The position numbers and the translations under genes are program-made. DNA of 63,612 nt, filler included, from Reticulomyxa filosa (Eukaryota > Protista > Foraminifera): the NCBI GenBank assembly GCA_000512085.1. It is 24 parts of 24 records of this genome, joined end to end, with 100 filler letters (N's around TTAATTAATTAA, not from the genome) between each part and the next. Parts side by side here need not be neighbours in the genome. Positions count along the whole stretch, not along the records: positions 36,369 to 38,141 come from ASPP01008668.1; positions 38,242 to 46,940 come from ASPP01003799.1; positions 47,041 to 49,531 come from ASPP01022620.1; 21 more parts are not named here. One strand, given 5' to 3'. Within the stretch, counting starts at the first letter, position 1. The number at the start of each line of letters is the position of its first letter. Positions 37,619 through 48,734 of the stretch are shown here, in pieces. Below the pieces are notes generated by a model. It saw only the letters and a program-made list of their open reading frames with translations, did not search any database and had not been told where the DNA came from.

Positions 37619-38024
37619 ATGGTTTCCAAATTACTGTTTTTGACCATATGTGTGGCAGTATTGTCAGCATTCGTTTTTAACATATATTCACGGCTGTATC
37701 CATTTAATTCTTTCTCGTACATTGACACGGCGCACTTAAAAACAAACAACAAGCTGAACGGATATTATGACTTCATAGTAATCGGCGCAGGAACAGCAGG
37801 GAGTGTAGTGGCAGCCCGGCTAGCAAATGACAGCAGCCACCCACGAGTATTACTGATCGAGCCCGGACCCCCTGCAGCAACGATGATATTGGATCCTCAG
37901 TTGGTGCCAATACAAACATCGCTGGGACAACGTTCGGACATTGACTGGAAATATCAAACCGCGCCTTTGAACAAGGACAAAGCACACCGACATACGATCG
38001 AAAATAAATCCAATTGGCCAAGAG
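37619..38024 (+). CDS. GMC-family FAD oxidoreductase (glucose/choline dehydrogenase-like) with N-terminal membrane anchor, first exon
   Basis: YDFIVIGAGTAGSVVAARLA (Rossmann GxGxxG), RVLLIEPG, DIDWKYQT and WPRG, then a GT donor. The N-terminus is hydrophobic. Confidence 0.92.
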
Positions 38025-38241
38025 GTTGTCAATTAGTACCCTTTCAAAAAAAAAATAAATAAAAATACGACAATTCTTTTTTTAATTTTATTAAAAAAAA
38101 ATAGAGAGCGAGCGCAAAATGAAAAGTACAAAAAAAATACCNNNNNNNNNNNNNNNNNNNNNNNNNNNNNNNNNNNNNNNNNNNNTTAATTAATTAANNN
38201 NNNNNNNNNNNNNNNNNNNNNNNNNNNNNNNNNNNNNNNNN

Positions 38242-38413
38242 TTCATCCAACAAAAAAAAAAGTTATTAAAAAACCAATTTCATATTTAAAAACTACAAAA
38301 TTTGTAGATATTTTTTTAAAAAAATTAGATCTAAATGTTGATTTTTTATGGAGAAAATCAATTATCATCATAAGATATCGTTTTAGGCGTTCATTTTTCT
38401 TTGCAACCTACTG
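38242..38413 (-). mobile_element. Foldback MITE right arm at contig start
   Basis: TTCATCCAAC...GTTTTAGGCGTTCATTTTTCTTTGCAACCTACTG|TA is the reverse complement of the family left arm. Confidence 0.88.
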
Positions 38414-39204
38414 TATATCTTTGACACGTTGAATCAGAAAATTCCTTTTCATTTTGTGCTAGCGAAAATAAAAAAACTCTTTTTTTGAAAGTCCATCATT
38501 CATCATTTTTAAAAATGAACAACAAAAATGTTTGTTTTGTCTTTTTCTTCTAGTATATAACATTTAGTATTAAAACTTTTGATTAATAAACGTAATAAAA
38601 AAAGACGTTGACTGAAAAAGATTCAAACTCAGAAAGGGATGTCATGAATACAGACAATTATGATAACTGTTTTGAAAGACCAACAGATAACAAGTACATT
38701 GAAAGCCCAAGAATTAGAGCTATAAAAATGCTTGAACATGAAAAACATACTTAAATATATCAACTAACACTATAAAGCTGCCATAAATAGACACAAGCTC
38801 AAATCACAATAGTATTGCAAAAAAACAAAAAGAATTGATGTGAGTACGAGTAAAAGCTTTGATACGATTCTAAGTACTTTGAGCAAAAGAAGTCGAACAA
38901 ACAACAATAAAGAAGTGGATTGTATTTTGACTTAAATAAAAATGTATGAATAAATGTATTGCCAAAAAAAAAGGAGACAGTTAGTATTGAGCATTTGTTG
39001 CAATCATGAATATTGTACAATTTTGAAATGTAGCTATTGCAGCATTACTTTAAAAAATGGATTATTTGAATCTATGTTTAATTGAAAAAGTAATTTTTTT
39101 TTATGCAACGGACCAAAATTAATAAATATGACTTAATAAATTTGATCTTGGTATCTACAAATAAAATAAAGTGCATCAAAACAAATTTAAAAAAAAAGTA
39201 AAGT

Positions 39205-39840
39205 AAGGGAAAAGCGAAAAAGAAAGAGTTAGATCATGCGGCGCCTTCAGGCGCCGCCCGAATTAACAATTTTTTTTGCTTTTGTCTTCATTTGCTTTTT
39301 TTTTGTTTCCAAGTTCTACAAAAGTGAGTTTTTGGTTTATCTTTTGAAATCTCAACTGTATCGAGTAAAACTTTATTCTACGTACGACTTTGCCAAAATG
39401 AGAGCGATGAGTCACATCAATCTATCAATCAAAGCGCATGGCACCAATACTTGGATTCCAATCTTTAACACTCCGTTCAAAATACACAAAATTACTCTCC
39501 AAGGAAGAAATAATCAAACACACATTCGCTGTAAACACAAATGCCAATATATCATACACAATCATAAAGATAATTCCCTCGAATGTTAAAAATACCGATT
39601 AATAAAAACTATGTAAATATCGACAAAATAATCAGCACATTTTTCAAAACAATTGATCCAAATGCAACAATGATGAGTCAAAATTACATTACTTGATGTC
39701 AACGAAAGCATCAACAAAAAATTTTAAAAAATTGACCAAAAAAGGAAAAATCGAAAAAGAAAAATTTAAATGATGCGGCGCCTTCAAGAATATCGTGGGC
39801 CGCATAAACTAAAACTTTCTTATTGGCTTTGTCTTTTTGG
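39205..39840 (+). repeat. Two imperfect direct copies (~39205-39290 and ~39742-39835) of a unit with a GC-rich hairpin
   Basis: aaaagcgaaaaagaaagagttagatcatgcggcgccttca versus aaaatcgaaaaagaaaaatttaaatgatgcggcgccttca. A perfect hairpin GCGGCGCC-TTCA-GGCGCCGC lies at 39238-39257. Confidence 0.65.
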
Positions 39841-40542
39841 TCAAATTTTTATTTGATAAAAAAAAAATAAGTTGAACTTATTTCATGCAAAACAAACACT
39901 TTATACACGTTCTAATTGTTTATAACATTTATTAGTTATAATCTTTCAATATGCTTAGAATGAACATTTGAGACTATAGATAAATGAATTGTAGACACAG
40001 TGGTGAAATTCCGATGAAAAAATATTGATTTGGTACAAAGTTAGACCTCAATCAGTTTTTAATGGGCTGTAATGTCAATAATGAAATTGTATTGAAGATT
40101 ACACAAACTTTTAAAAGAAGAGTAATTGGATTAATCAAATATATTTATAACGCCACTTGGTTGGGTTGTGTGATGTTTAGCCTTGGAGTACTGTAATGGA
40201 GGATGAACGAAGAATGAAGGGGTTATAAAATGACCTAAGTATTTATAACATCATTAAAATATGTAAAAAAAACGCAAAATGATTAAACCAATTTGGGACG
40301 ATAGACCAATATATTGCAAACACATTTGTAAAATTCCTGAAAAAAGCTAAGTGTTGTACAAAGTTAGACCCAATCAGTTTTGATTGTGTTATTAGACCTT
40401 CATTAATATATTTACATTATGTACTATTGACGCTTGCAATATAATTTGTTATTTGTACATAACTAACGCACAGTGCTTGAATGTATTAGACAATATCAAA
40501 ATTATAAGATATTAGATCAAATTATGGAATAATATGTAACTA

Positions 40543-40741
40543 CAGTAGTTTGCAAAAAAACAAAACATATAATGCTACTTTATGAAGATAATTGATTTAG
40601 ATACTTAATAGTTTTTTCAAGTCTTTCGCTGTACTAACGATGTAATGTTAGATCTCATTGCAAATCACAAAATTCAAATACAAAAAAAAGGATCTGAATA
40701 AACTAGCATTATAGTTTTACTGTTTTTTTTGCAAACTACTG
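40543..40741. mobile_element. Complete 199-bp MITE with ~35-bp imperfect TIRs and TA target-site duplication
   Basis: TA|CAGTAGTTTGCAAAAAAACAAAACATATAATGCTA ... TAGCATTATAGTTTTACTGTTTTTTTTGCAAACTACTG|TA. Confidence 0.88.
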
Positions 40742-41948
40742 TATATTGCATTCGGGTACTATCAAATTTGACTTAGAGATTATGAAAAATTATACAATTA
40801 TTATTGTAAATATAATGTGTTTATATTCAATATTTCAAATACTATTTTCCCTTTTTTGTTCGAGAAAAAGTTTCGTATTTAAGAAAATGTTTTCTTTCTT
40901 TGAACAAATTTTAATAGTGTATTAGGTTTTTTAAGACTATATTTTTCACAAAATATGTGCAAATTCTGCTTTCCCGCTATAAGCAAATGAATGTTGTATT
41001 TGTTGAAGAAAATTTAAAAAATGTTTAAATTTTCGAAAGTTGTTGTTTTAAAAAATAAAATGTAATATTTCTTTTTTTCCTTTCCAAAGCTGATGAAATA
41101 AACTATGACAATCGAACATTTTTAAAAAATTGGCTGGACGGCTTTTTGCAATGAGAACACAAACAGGCCGAAATCAGTGCCCCAAGAAACAAAAGATAAA
41201 ACAAACTAAGCAAACATTCTAAAAGGTCTTGAAGCAAAAGAGGAGTGAAAACATTAAAACAAAAAAGAAAAAAAGAAAAAGCCATCACAAAAAAAAAACA
41301 ACAAACAAAAAATGCATTTGGTTTCACATACAAAAAAAATTAACCAAATGTACATCTTTTTAAGAAAAAAACCAATTAATGGTTTGTAATTTCTTGTTTT
41401 GTTACACTTAGTTTGTCACATGCCAACGAACTTTGTGACAAAACAAACAAATCAGGAAGCTACAAAACACAGTATCCCTCCTCTCTCTAAAAAAAAGAAA
41501 GCTTTCCCAAAACAAGACCTAAAAGAAACTTCAATTCACTCACTCACAAAAAAAAAAAATTGACGTCTTCATCGCTCTTTTTATTTTTCAGTGCAAGATA
41601 GGCAAATCGGCACTAATAGAAGCATACATATATAAAAAAAAACAGCCAAAGTTGCACATCAACAAGTGTTTCGCTAACTTTCCATCTTAGTCAAATTTCT
41701 CTTCTCCTTCGACGTCACTTAATTCTAAAAAAAAAAAAAAAGAACAGGAAAGACAAACATGATGCCTGAAATATAAAGGCAAAAGTACAGCATAGCTTTT
41801 AAAATGTCTCCAAACAAATATTTCTTTTTTGGAATACAACAAAAAAACAAGAAAAAGAAAGGTTTTTGTTTGTAGCTATTAAAATGAGGAAAAAACAAAC
41901 AAACAAAAATTGTGTATAAATAAAGAAAGGGGAGTTCAGAAAGCACAT

Positions 41949-44900
41949 TTATAGTCCGAACACAAGACACAAATCTTGCGTGTCGCACAATCGCTGATAA
42001 AGATTGGCACATTCCAGTTGAAAAGCATGAAGTAGTTTGTTGTCGATCATTCTCCCTAAATTGGTTCCGCTGTCCAAAGGGTCTTCAATTGCAAACTATT
42101 GTAGGTATGTTTTATTAGTAAGACGTATACTGATATGAAAGAATTTTTACAAAAAGGAGGGGGGGGGAGGGGAAAAAAAAAACTTGATTTTTTTTTGAGG
42201 AATAAGCCCATTTTTTTTCAATCTTTTTTAAGTTGGATCCAGTTCGAACACTGACGACCCAATTTTGATAATCAAACTTGAATCCAAAGTAGTGAAAAAA
42301 GCCTACGAGCAGACGAGCGGAGAGGTCTGTTTGTTTGGATGCAAACTCGCGATACTTGTTGATATTGATTTGATAATCATCACGACGACTCCATTCCGAC
42401 TCGCCCGACTCTTCAACAGTGGTGGAAATGATTGGCAAGACTCGTTTTTGTTGAAGATAGTTAATGACCAACAACAACAAAGCATAAGAGGAAAAGCATT
42501 TAAACATCTTGTTTTGACGTGTCCAGTGTTTGATGAATATGGCAATGGATCGAAAGCGCGCATCGATGGACGCATATGCGCCAATGAATCTGGACGACCC
42601 TACTTCCTTTGTCATGTTGATCACCAACTCGCATTTGGCGCTTGTCTTTGTATCCAAAAAGCTTAACACGGGTCGGTTGTTGCAAATGGTCCATTGAACC
42701 TTGTCAAAGACAGTATGTTTCTTCATTAGATCTGCCATCAGTTGAATCGCGTCGGTTATCTTCAATTGCAAGTTGGCACTGCAAAAGCAAAAGTTGTAAT
42801 TCGAGTCTTTGAAAAATAAGTTTTGCTCGGACGCGCCATAAGATATCACTTTGCCGTCTTTGAAAAAGTCTTCTGCTTTTAGCACATTGCAAAGACTCTG
42901 ACAAACTCTCGCGCTTATGGCCTTCACCTCGCTCGCAGGTGGGACAATGCAAGATTGCCATTTTGCCAATACCTCTTCCATTTCAATCCATTTGGCATCC
43001 ATTGTTTTGTCATTGCCTTCATTATTTATGTTATTGTTATTGTTATTCTTATTGCTATTGCTGTTGCTATTGCTATTGCTATTGCTATTATTGCCTACAA
43101 TCTTTTGAATGTGCTCATTCATTGCTTGCATTGCCTGCTGTTGGCGTGTGGCATTCATCTTTCCAAAGTCAAAGTGCGATGACGTACTTGATCCTCGAGG
43201 TGCACTGTGTGGCGCAACTGGTATTGGTCTGTTGACAAGACACAATCCTCTCTGTACATGTGTGTGTGTATGTGTGCATGTGCATGTGCATGTGCGTGTA
43301 TACGTGTTCGATATGCTCTAATAGCTCCATGTACAGACAATTTTTATTTTTATTTTTATTCAAAAATTAATTGATCAACTGTTGGTAATGACGATGGTTT
43401 ACAATGTGCGGGGTCATCGATTGGTAAATCGTTGGAAGAATGACGGCCTGTGCGTAATGCGGCGTGGTTGTCTGCTCCACAAATGGCACTCCCAGTGCGG
43501 TTGTCACATTCCCATTTCGATGTGTCTTCGCAGGAATAATCACATGGCCCGCGCTGCTTTGACGAGCGAATCCGTACGGCACGTGTCCCAACGAGGGCGT
43601 TGTCGCCGCTGGGTAATGAGGCGACAACACAATGCCTCTTTGTTGATACACCACTTGCTGCGCGCCGGCTATGTCATCATTTTTTTTTTTTTTTTTTATA
43701 TGGTGTTATTGAACAAAATATGGACACGTTAATCAACTTTATTTGTTTTATTTAAGAAAAAGCTGAACGAATTTAATAAAAGGGGAGGGAGAAAAAAAAA
43801 AACCTTGGATAAGATGGGCTTGAGTTTTGGCGAAATCGTCACAGTACATTTGGTATGCATGGACAAATCGTTCTTGTTTAAAGTCGAGTGGATATTTGGC
43901 CATCTCGCGCAAGTCTTCGGTCATTTTGAGGTAATGTTCGTATATGCTATGCACGATTTCGTGCATTTGTTTATGCACCTCCCCAATTTCTTCTTGCAGT
44001 TGCAACGACGTTTGCATGCCATTCAACGACGCAATCTCGTAATCTTTCACAAATTTTTCTTTCGCGGCCTGCAGTACACATCTCACATGTATTAAAAAAG
44101 GTCTTTTTCTTTTGTGTCTTCTCTCATCCGCATACCCATATTGATTAAATGAAGAGGTCAAACTCAAACAAAGCGTATCCAAAAAAAAAAAATGCAAACC
44201 CCTATACCGACTTTCCATTGCAACTTTTTTTTTTTTTCTTCTCCCCTCCCCCCCTCTTTCCTTCCCCTTTGCGCTTTCGCAATAATACCACAAAAGATTC
44301 AAAAGAACAAACTTGTTCATGTACATGAAAGAAAAGCAACTGCAAAGGGGATCAATTGACAAACTTACGCAACAAAGTGTACACTTAACATATTGAATTC
44401 GGTAGTGCTTGTGAAACTCATGCAATCGCTCTCCGTATCTTGCGATATCGCTCATTAATTGCTGCAGTCTCATTGTGTCAACACGTTCTTTTGGTTCCAA
44501 TGTTGGTCCAGACTTATTATTATTATTATTATCATTATTATTATTATTACTTGTTCATTTATGTTTTTTTGCACCCCTTTTTTTTTTTAAGAAAAACAAT
44601 CAAAATTTTTAAAAAAATAAAAGGACCAAATAATAAAAAAAAATATTTACAAAAAATTCTTTTTTGTACGTGTAGCTTATTTAAGGGAGGAAAAAGATAA
44701 GACTGATAGAGATACGAAACAAAAGGAGGTGTGTCTGAATCAGACACTTGATCAATTTCGTCAAACGTGAACCTGTGGTCAGTTTCCATCCCGTGTGGTG
44801 TTCTGACTGGCGTTTGCGCTTCGTCACTGTCTTCATCAAAGCCAATGAACGCGTTTAATGCTGCTTCCATGTCCTTTGCTGGCGTTGCTACTTTCGTCTC

Positions 44901-45239
44901 GTTTGTTATACTGCCGCTGGTGCAACTGCGGTTGTGATGATCTCTCCCACTGTTGCTCCCTACTGGAGATACATTACTTGACCCACTTGCACTTTGCGCA
45001 CAGCTCGCTTGGTTTGTCTTCCCGGAACTACGATGCATGCTGTAGTGCGATTCTGAGATCTCTGACTGTGATTGCAAGTGTGACACTGATGACAATAGCG
45101 ATGTCGATTTTTGGTATGTCGATCCATGCGAGTGTTCATCATTGTGTATTGTGCTATAATTGTCGACCGATTTTGTATTGATAAACAAGGGTCTTCGGGG
45201 TGACTTGTCGTCCACGTGTTTTTGGAATTCTCCTGGCAT
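41949..45239 (-). CDS. Multi-exon Cid1/GLD-2/TUTase-family nucleotidyltransferase-like protein with a degenerate active site
   Basis: NTase plus PAP-associated motifs DARFRSIAIFIKHWTRQ, FSSYALLLLVINYLQ, LLVGFFHYFGFKFDY..VVSVR, and last exon (42095-41949) FAIEDPLDSGTNLGR. Introns 42096-42183 and 43669-43803 keep frame. Assigning the most upstream exons to the same gene is inferred. Confidence 0.8.
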
Positions 45240-45699
45240 CTGTTTTGTTCATGTTATTTTCTCAATTGCTTAGCCTTCAACTTGTCACAAAAGTTTTGCC
45301 ACACAAACCATTTTTAGTTCTTGTCCTTTAGGATAAAAATTTCTCTGGTAAACAAAAATTGCTCAACCTGGAAAAAATATTTGCTGCCTCCTTGACCGGG
45401 ATTTGTCATTATCTTTCGTCTAGAATTCATATGTTGCCGACACGATGCAAGCATTTTTCCCAATTTATTTATTCTTACTTTTTTTTCCGAAAACTATTCT
45501 TGTTTGTAAAAAATTATTGAAATGTTTCAAAACTGGCCTTTTGCCATGACTTTCTGTAGGAAATTAAATTACAAAGCTGGCTATAATTTGAGACAAGTCA
45601 ATGATCAAATTAGCCGAAATTTCTCCAGGAAAGAAAGATTTGCCAAAAAAAGAAATTGAAGCAAAAATTTGGACCCCAAAAGACAGTTTATTTTTTAAA

Positions 45700-46830
45700 A
45701 TGTCCAACGATTGGGGAAAAGTGTTGGCTGGACTGAATGAGGCATGTTTGAAAACAGTAAATAGTTTGGGGTTTGTAAAGCCAACTCCAGTGCAAATTCA
45801 CACAATTCCGTCGTTTTGTAATCATAAAGATGTAATCGTGGAGGCGTGTACAGGTTCCGGGAAGACATTGGCATATTTGATACCTGTGTTTCATCAGCTA
45901 TTGCGGTTGAAAGAACCTTTGGCAAAGACTGAAGTAGGTGCAATAATAATCGCACCAACAAGAGAGTTATCGGATCAAATCTTCCGTGTAGCGCAGTCGT
46001 TTGTGCCATTTGCAAAGCACATTTCAATCGCCTTAGTGACTGGGGGCATTCGAAGTCACCAAGAAGGTTTTTTTTTTTTTTTAAAGCCCCTTTTTTTGAA
46101 ATGGATACATTAAGAAAAAGGATTTGTTGATTGTTGTAAAATGGACTTTCAGACTTGGAGATAATAGGCAAAGGATGTAACATTGTCATCGGTACCCCAG
46201 GACGTATGTACCATGTGCTAAGCAATGGATATTTGAACGTGAAGGAGTTGGAAATATTAGTCTTGGACGAATGCGACCGTCTGTTGGAACTGGGTTTTGA
46301 GCAGCAAGTCAATGGGATATTGGAACGCTTACCAAAGCAGCGTCGCACGGGACTGTTCAGTGCGACACAAAACAAGTCGTTGATGCAATCTCTAATCCAT
46401 CGATGCGACCTTCGAAACCCAATTCAAATTGAATTGAAAGTCACCCAAAAGCAGCCTATCAAAGACATTTTGTCTTCAACAGACGATCAATCCAACACAA
46501 ACTCTAATGCTAATGCCAATAGCAATTTATTAGATGTCCAATATCAACGTGTACCGAAACAATTAACCAACAAATATGTTGAGATTAAAGAAGGCAGCGA
46601 GGTGTTGACGTTGTTTAATATGCTATACGACTTTGTCACCGTTAAGAAGTTGAAAGTGGTCGTGTTTTTCTTAACCTGTGCGCAAGTCGAATTTTTCAAA
46701 GCCGTGTTGCGCCACTTTCGTGTCTTTCAAATGCCTGCCAATCCCTCTTCCGTCAACCGTGATCATGACTCCAAGCCACTTCTTCACTTTATGCATGGGA
46801 GATTAAAGCAAGACCAAAGAACCAGTTTTG
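45700..46830 (+). CDS. DDX55: DEAD-box RNA helicase of the DDX55/SPB4 type (truncated)
   Basis: Q motif GFVKPTPVQ, ACTGSGKT, PTRELS, GTPGR, LDECDRLL, LPKQRRTGLFSAT, VFFLTCAQV and MHGRLKQ. The intron 46067-46152 keeps frame (SHQE-D-LEII). Confidence 0.9.
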
Positions 46831-47143
46831 TCACTAGTGCATGCATTGCATGTGCGCACGCATTTTTCTTTTTGTACATATTTACAACATACATTATACG
46901 TATATGTGTATGTGCATGTACGCAATGCAAAAAAAAAAAANNNNNNNNNNNNNNNNNNNNNNNNNNNNNNNNNNNNNNNNNNNNTTAATTAATTAANNNN
47001 NNNNNNNNNNNNNNNNNNNNNNNNNNNNNNNNNNNNNNNNGAGTTTAATTAGTATTCTTTTTTTAATCCAATTCTATACCATCGATATAACATAATTATA
47101 TATATCATTTGTATGGATTGTAAATAAAAACAATAACACCAAA

Positions 47144-48734
47144 ATGAAGATAGCGGATGCTGTCTCCAGTGCAAGAAACCATTTGATAAAGCCGTTATTA
47201 TCATTGGCGCAGCACTTGCCAAAGTGGACTGGATTTGTTGTTGCACAACCTGTGTGTTTTTATTCATTTGTTGTTTGATTTTTTTCACATTTCTCCTTGT
47301 ACATGTGACAAAGACATTTGCAATTGTGAACATACACACTCATATATAGGTGCCACTATCTTCAAATCCAGGACAAACACCAGCACTAGCACCAGCACCA
47401 CAGCCCCAAATACGATCAAAAGCGCGGAAAAGACGAGAAAAGAAGCTATTGGAATTGAGGCGCATGTGGGCGCATGCTGATCTACGGGGACGACAGCGAA
47501 AAAAACTGAGCGAATGGCAGAAAGAATGGCAGCTGCAACCACAACATACACCAGAAGCAGATGCTCCACCAAAGCCGCTGCAACAGCAACAAGCGGAAGA
47601 TGAAGAACGCATGGCCGACGAAATGCTAATTATGGAGAAAAAAGAGAAGAATGAGAATGTGAAGAATGAAGCGGAAGAAGTGGAAGATGAGATGGCACCG
47701 CAGCCAAGAAAGAAGAAGCTGTTGGTGCTAGATTTGGATAAGACATTGATATGCACCAGCGATGAAGTTTGTTTTGTGTTTGAAATGTTTTGTATGTCGA
47801 ATTGTAATGTGACATACCACAATTGCATGCAAACAGGAAATGAGAGGCGCAGTGGGCAAGGTAAGAGTAATGATTAATGGTCGATTGTGCAATGGTAGTG
47901 TGAAACCGAGGCCATTTTTGGAGGAATTTTTGGAATGCTGCAGCAAGTATTACGAAATCTTAATGTTTACATCAGCAGGAGCGTCATACGTCGAAAGAGT
48001 GCTTAATCTGGTCGACAAAAAGAGTTATTTGTCTCGTCGAATATATCGCAATATGGATGATCGCAGCATTTATAAAAAAGTTATATTTACAATATATATA
48101 ACATAATAATAATAACAATGATGATTCAATTGTGATAACTAACATAATTAAATAGGATATATCAAATTTGGGATGGTCGCTGAATGATATAATATTGATA
48201 GACGACTCCAGCAATGTGTGCAAGTTCTTTCCAAAAAATTCAATTAAAATTGGTAGATACACAGGCGCAGACGACGATATCGCGGTAATTAATTTCTATA
48301 AAATGTCTTTTTATTTATTATTATGTTAACATAAGCACAAATTCAACAAAAACATAAGCATTGACACAAGTTTCAAAACATAACTTATTACAAACAAATA
48401 GTTGTTGCAGGTGTTGCCAGTGCTATTAACAACGCTGGCAGGTGCAGATAATGTTCGTCATATTTTGGACTCAAGCAAGCCGTTTTCGTGGATCTGCGAA
48501 CAAGTTGATTTCGACAGCGACGAACAGGAGCAGTTTTGTGTATATTTGTTTGTTATTATCTTTAAATATATATACACATATTTACATATATATTATCAAA
48601 CATTATAACACAACAGAAAGTGGAAAGATTTTCCCCAAAGATTGAAAAAACTTATAGAAAAAATGGAAAATAAAAGAAAGAAAGAAGAAAAAAGAAAGAA
48701 CTGGTGGAAGATATGGAAAATATTTTGTAAATGA
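47144..48734 (+). CDS. FCP1/SCP-type (NIF domain, HAD superfamily) CTD phosphatase-like protein, multi-exon
   Basis: KKLLVLDLDKTLI, VKPRPFLEEFLE, YEILMFTSA..YVERVL..D, KDISNLGWSLNDIILIDDS and LLQVLPVL. Intron 47767-47836 keeps frame. First and last exons are inferred. Confidence 0.85.

Noticed and set aside
40030-40400. ~35-bp direct repeat GTACAAAGTTAGACC(T)CAATCAGTTTT at ~40033 and ~40356 as LTRs or a CRISPR repeat
   Set aside because: There are only two copies, with no TG..CA ends, primer-binding site or spacer array. A local duplication is more likely.
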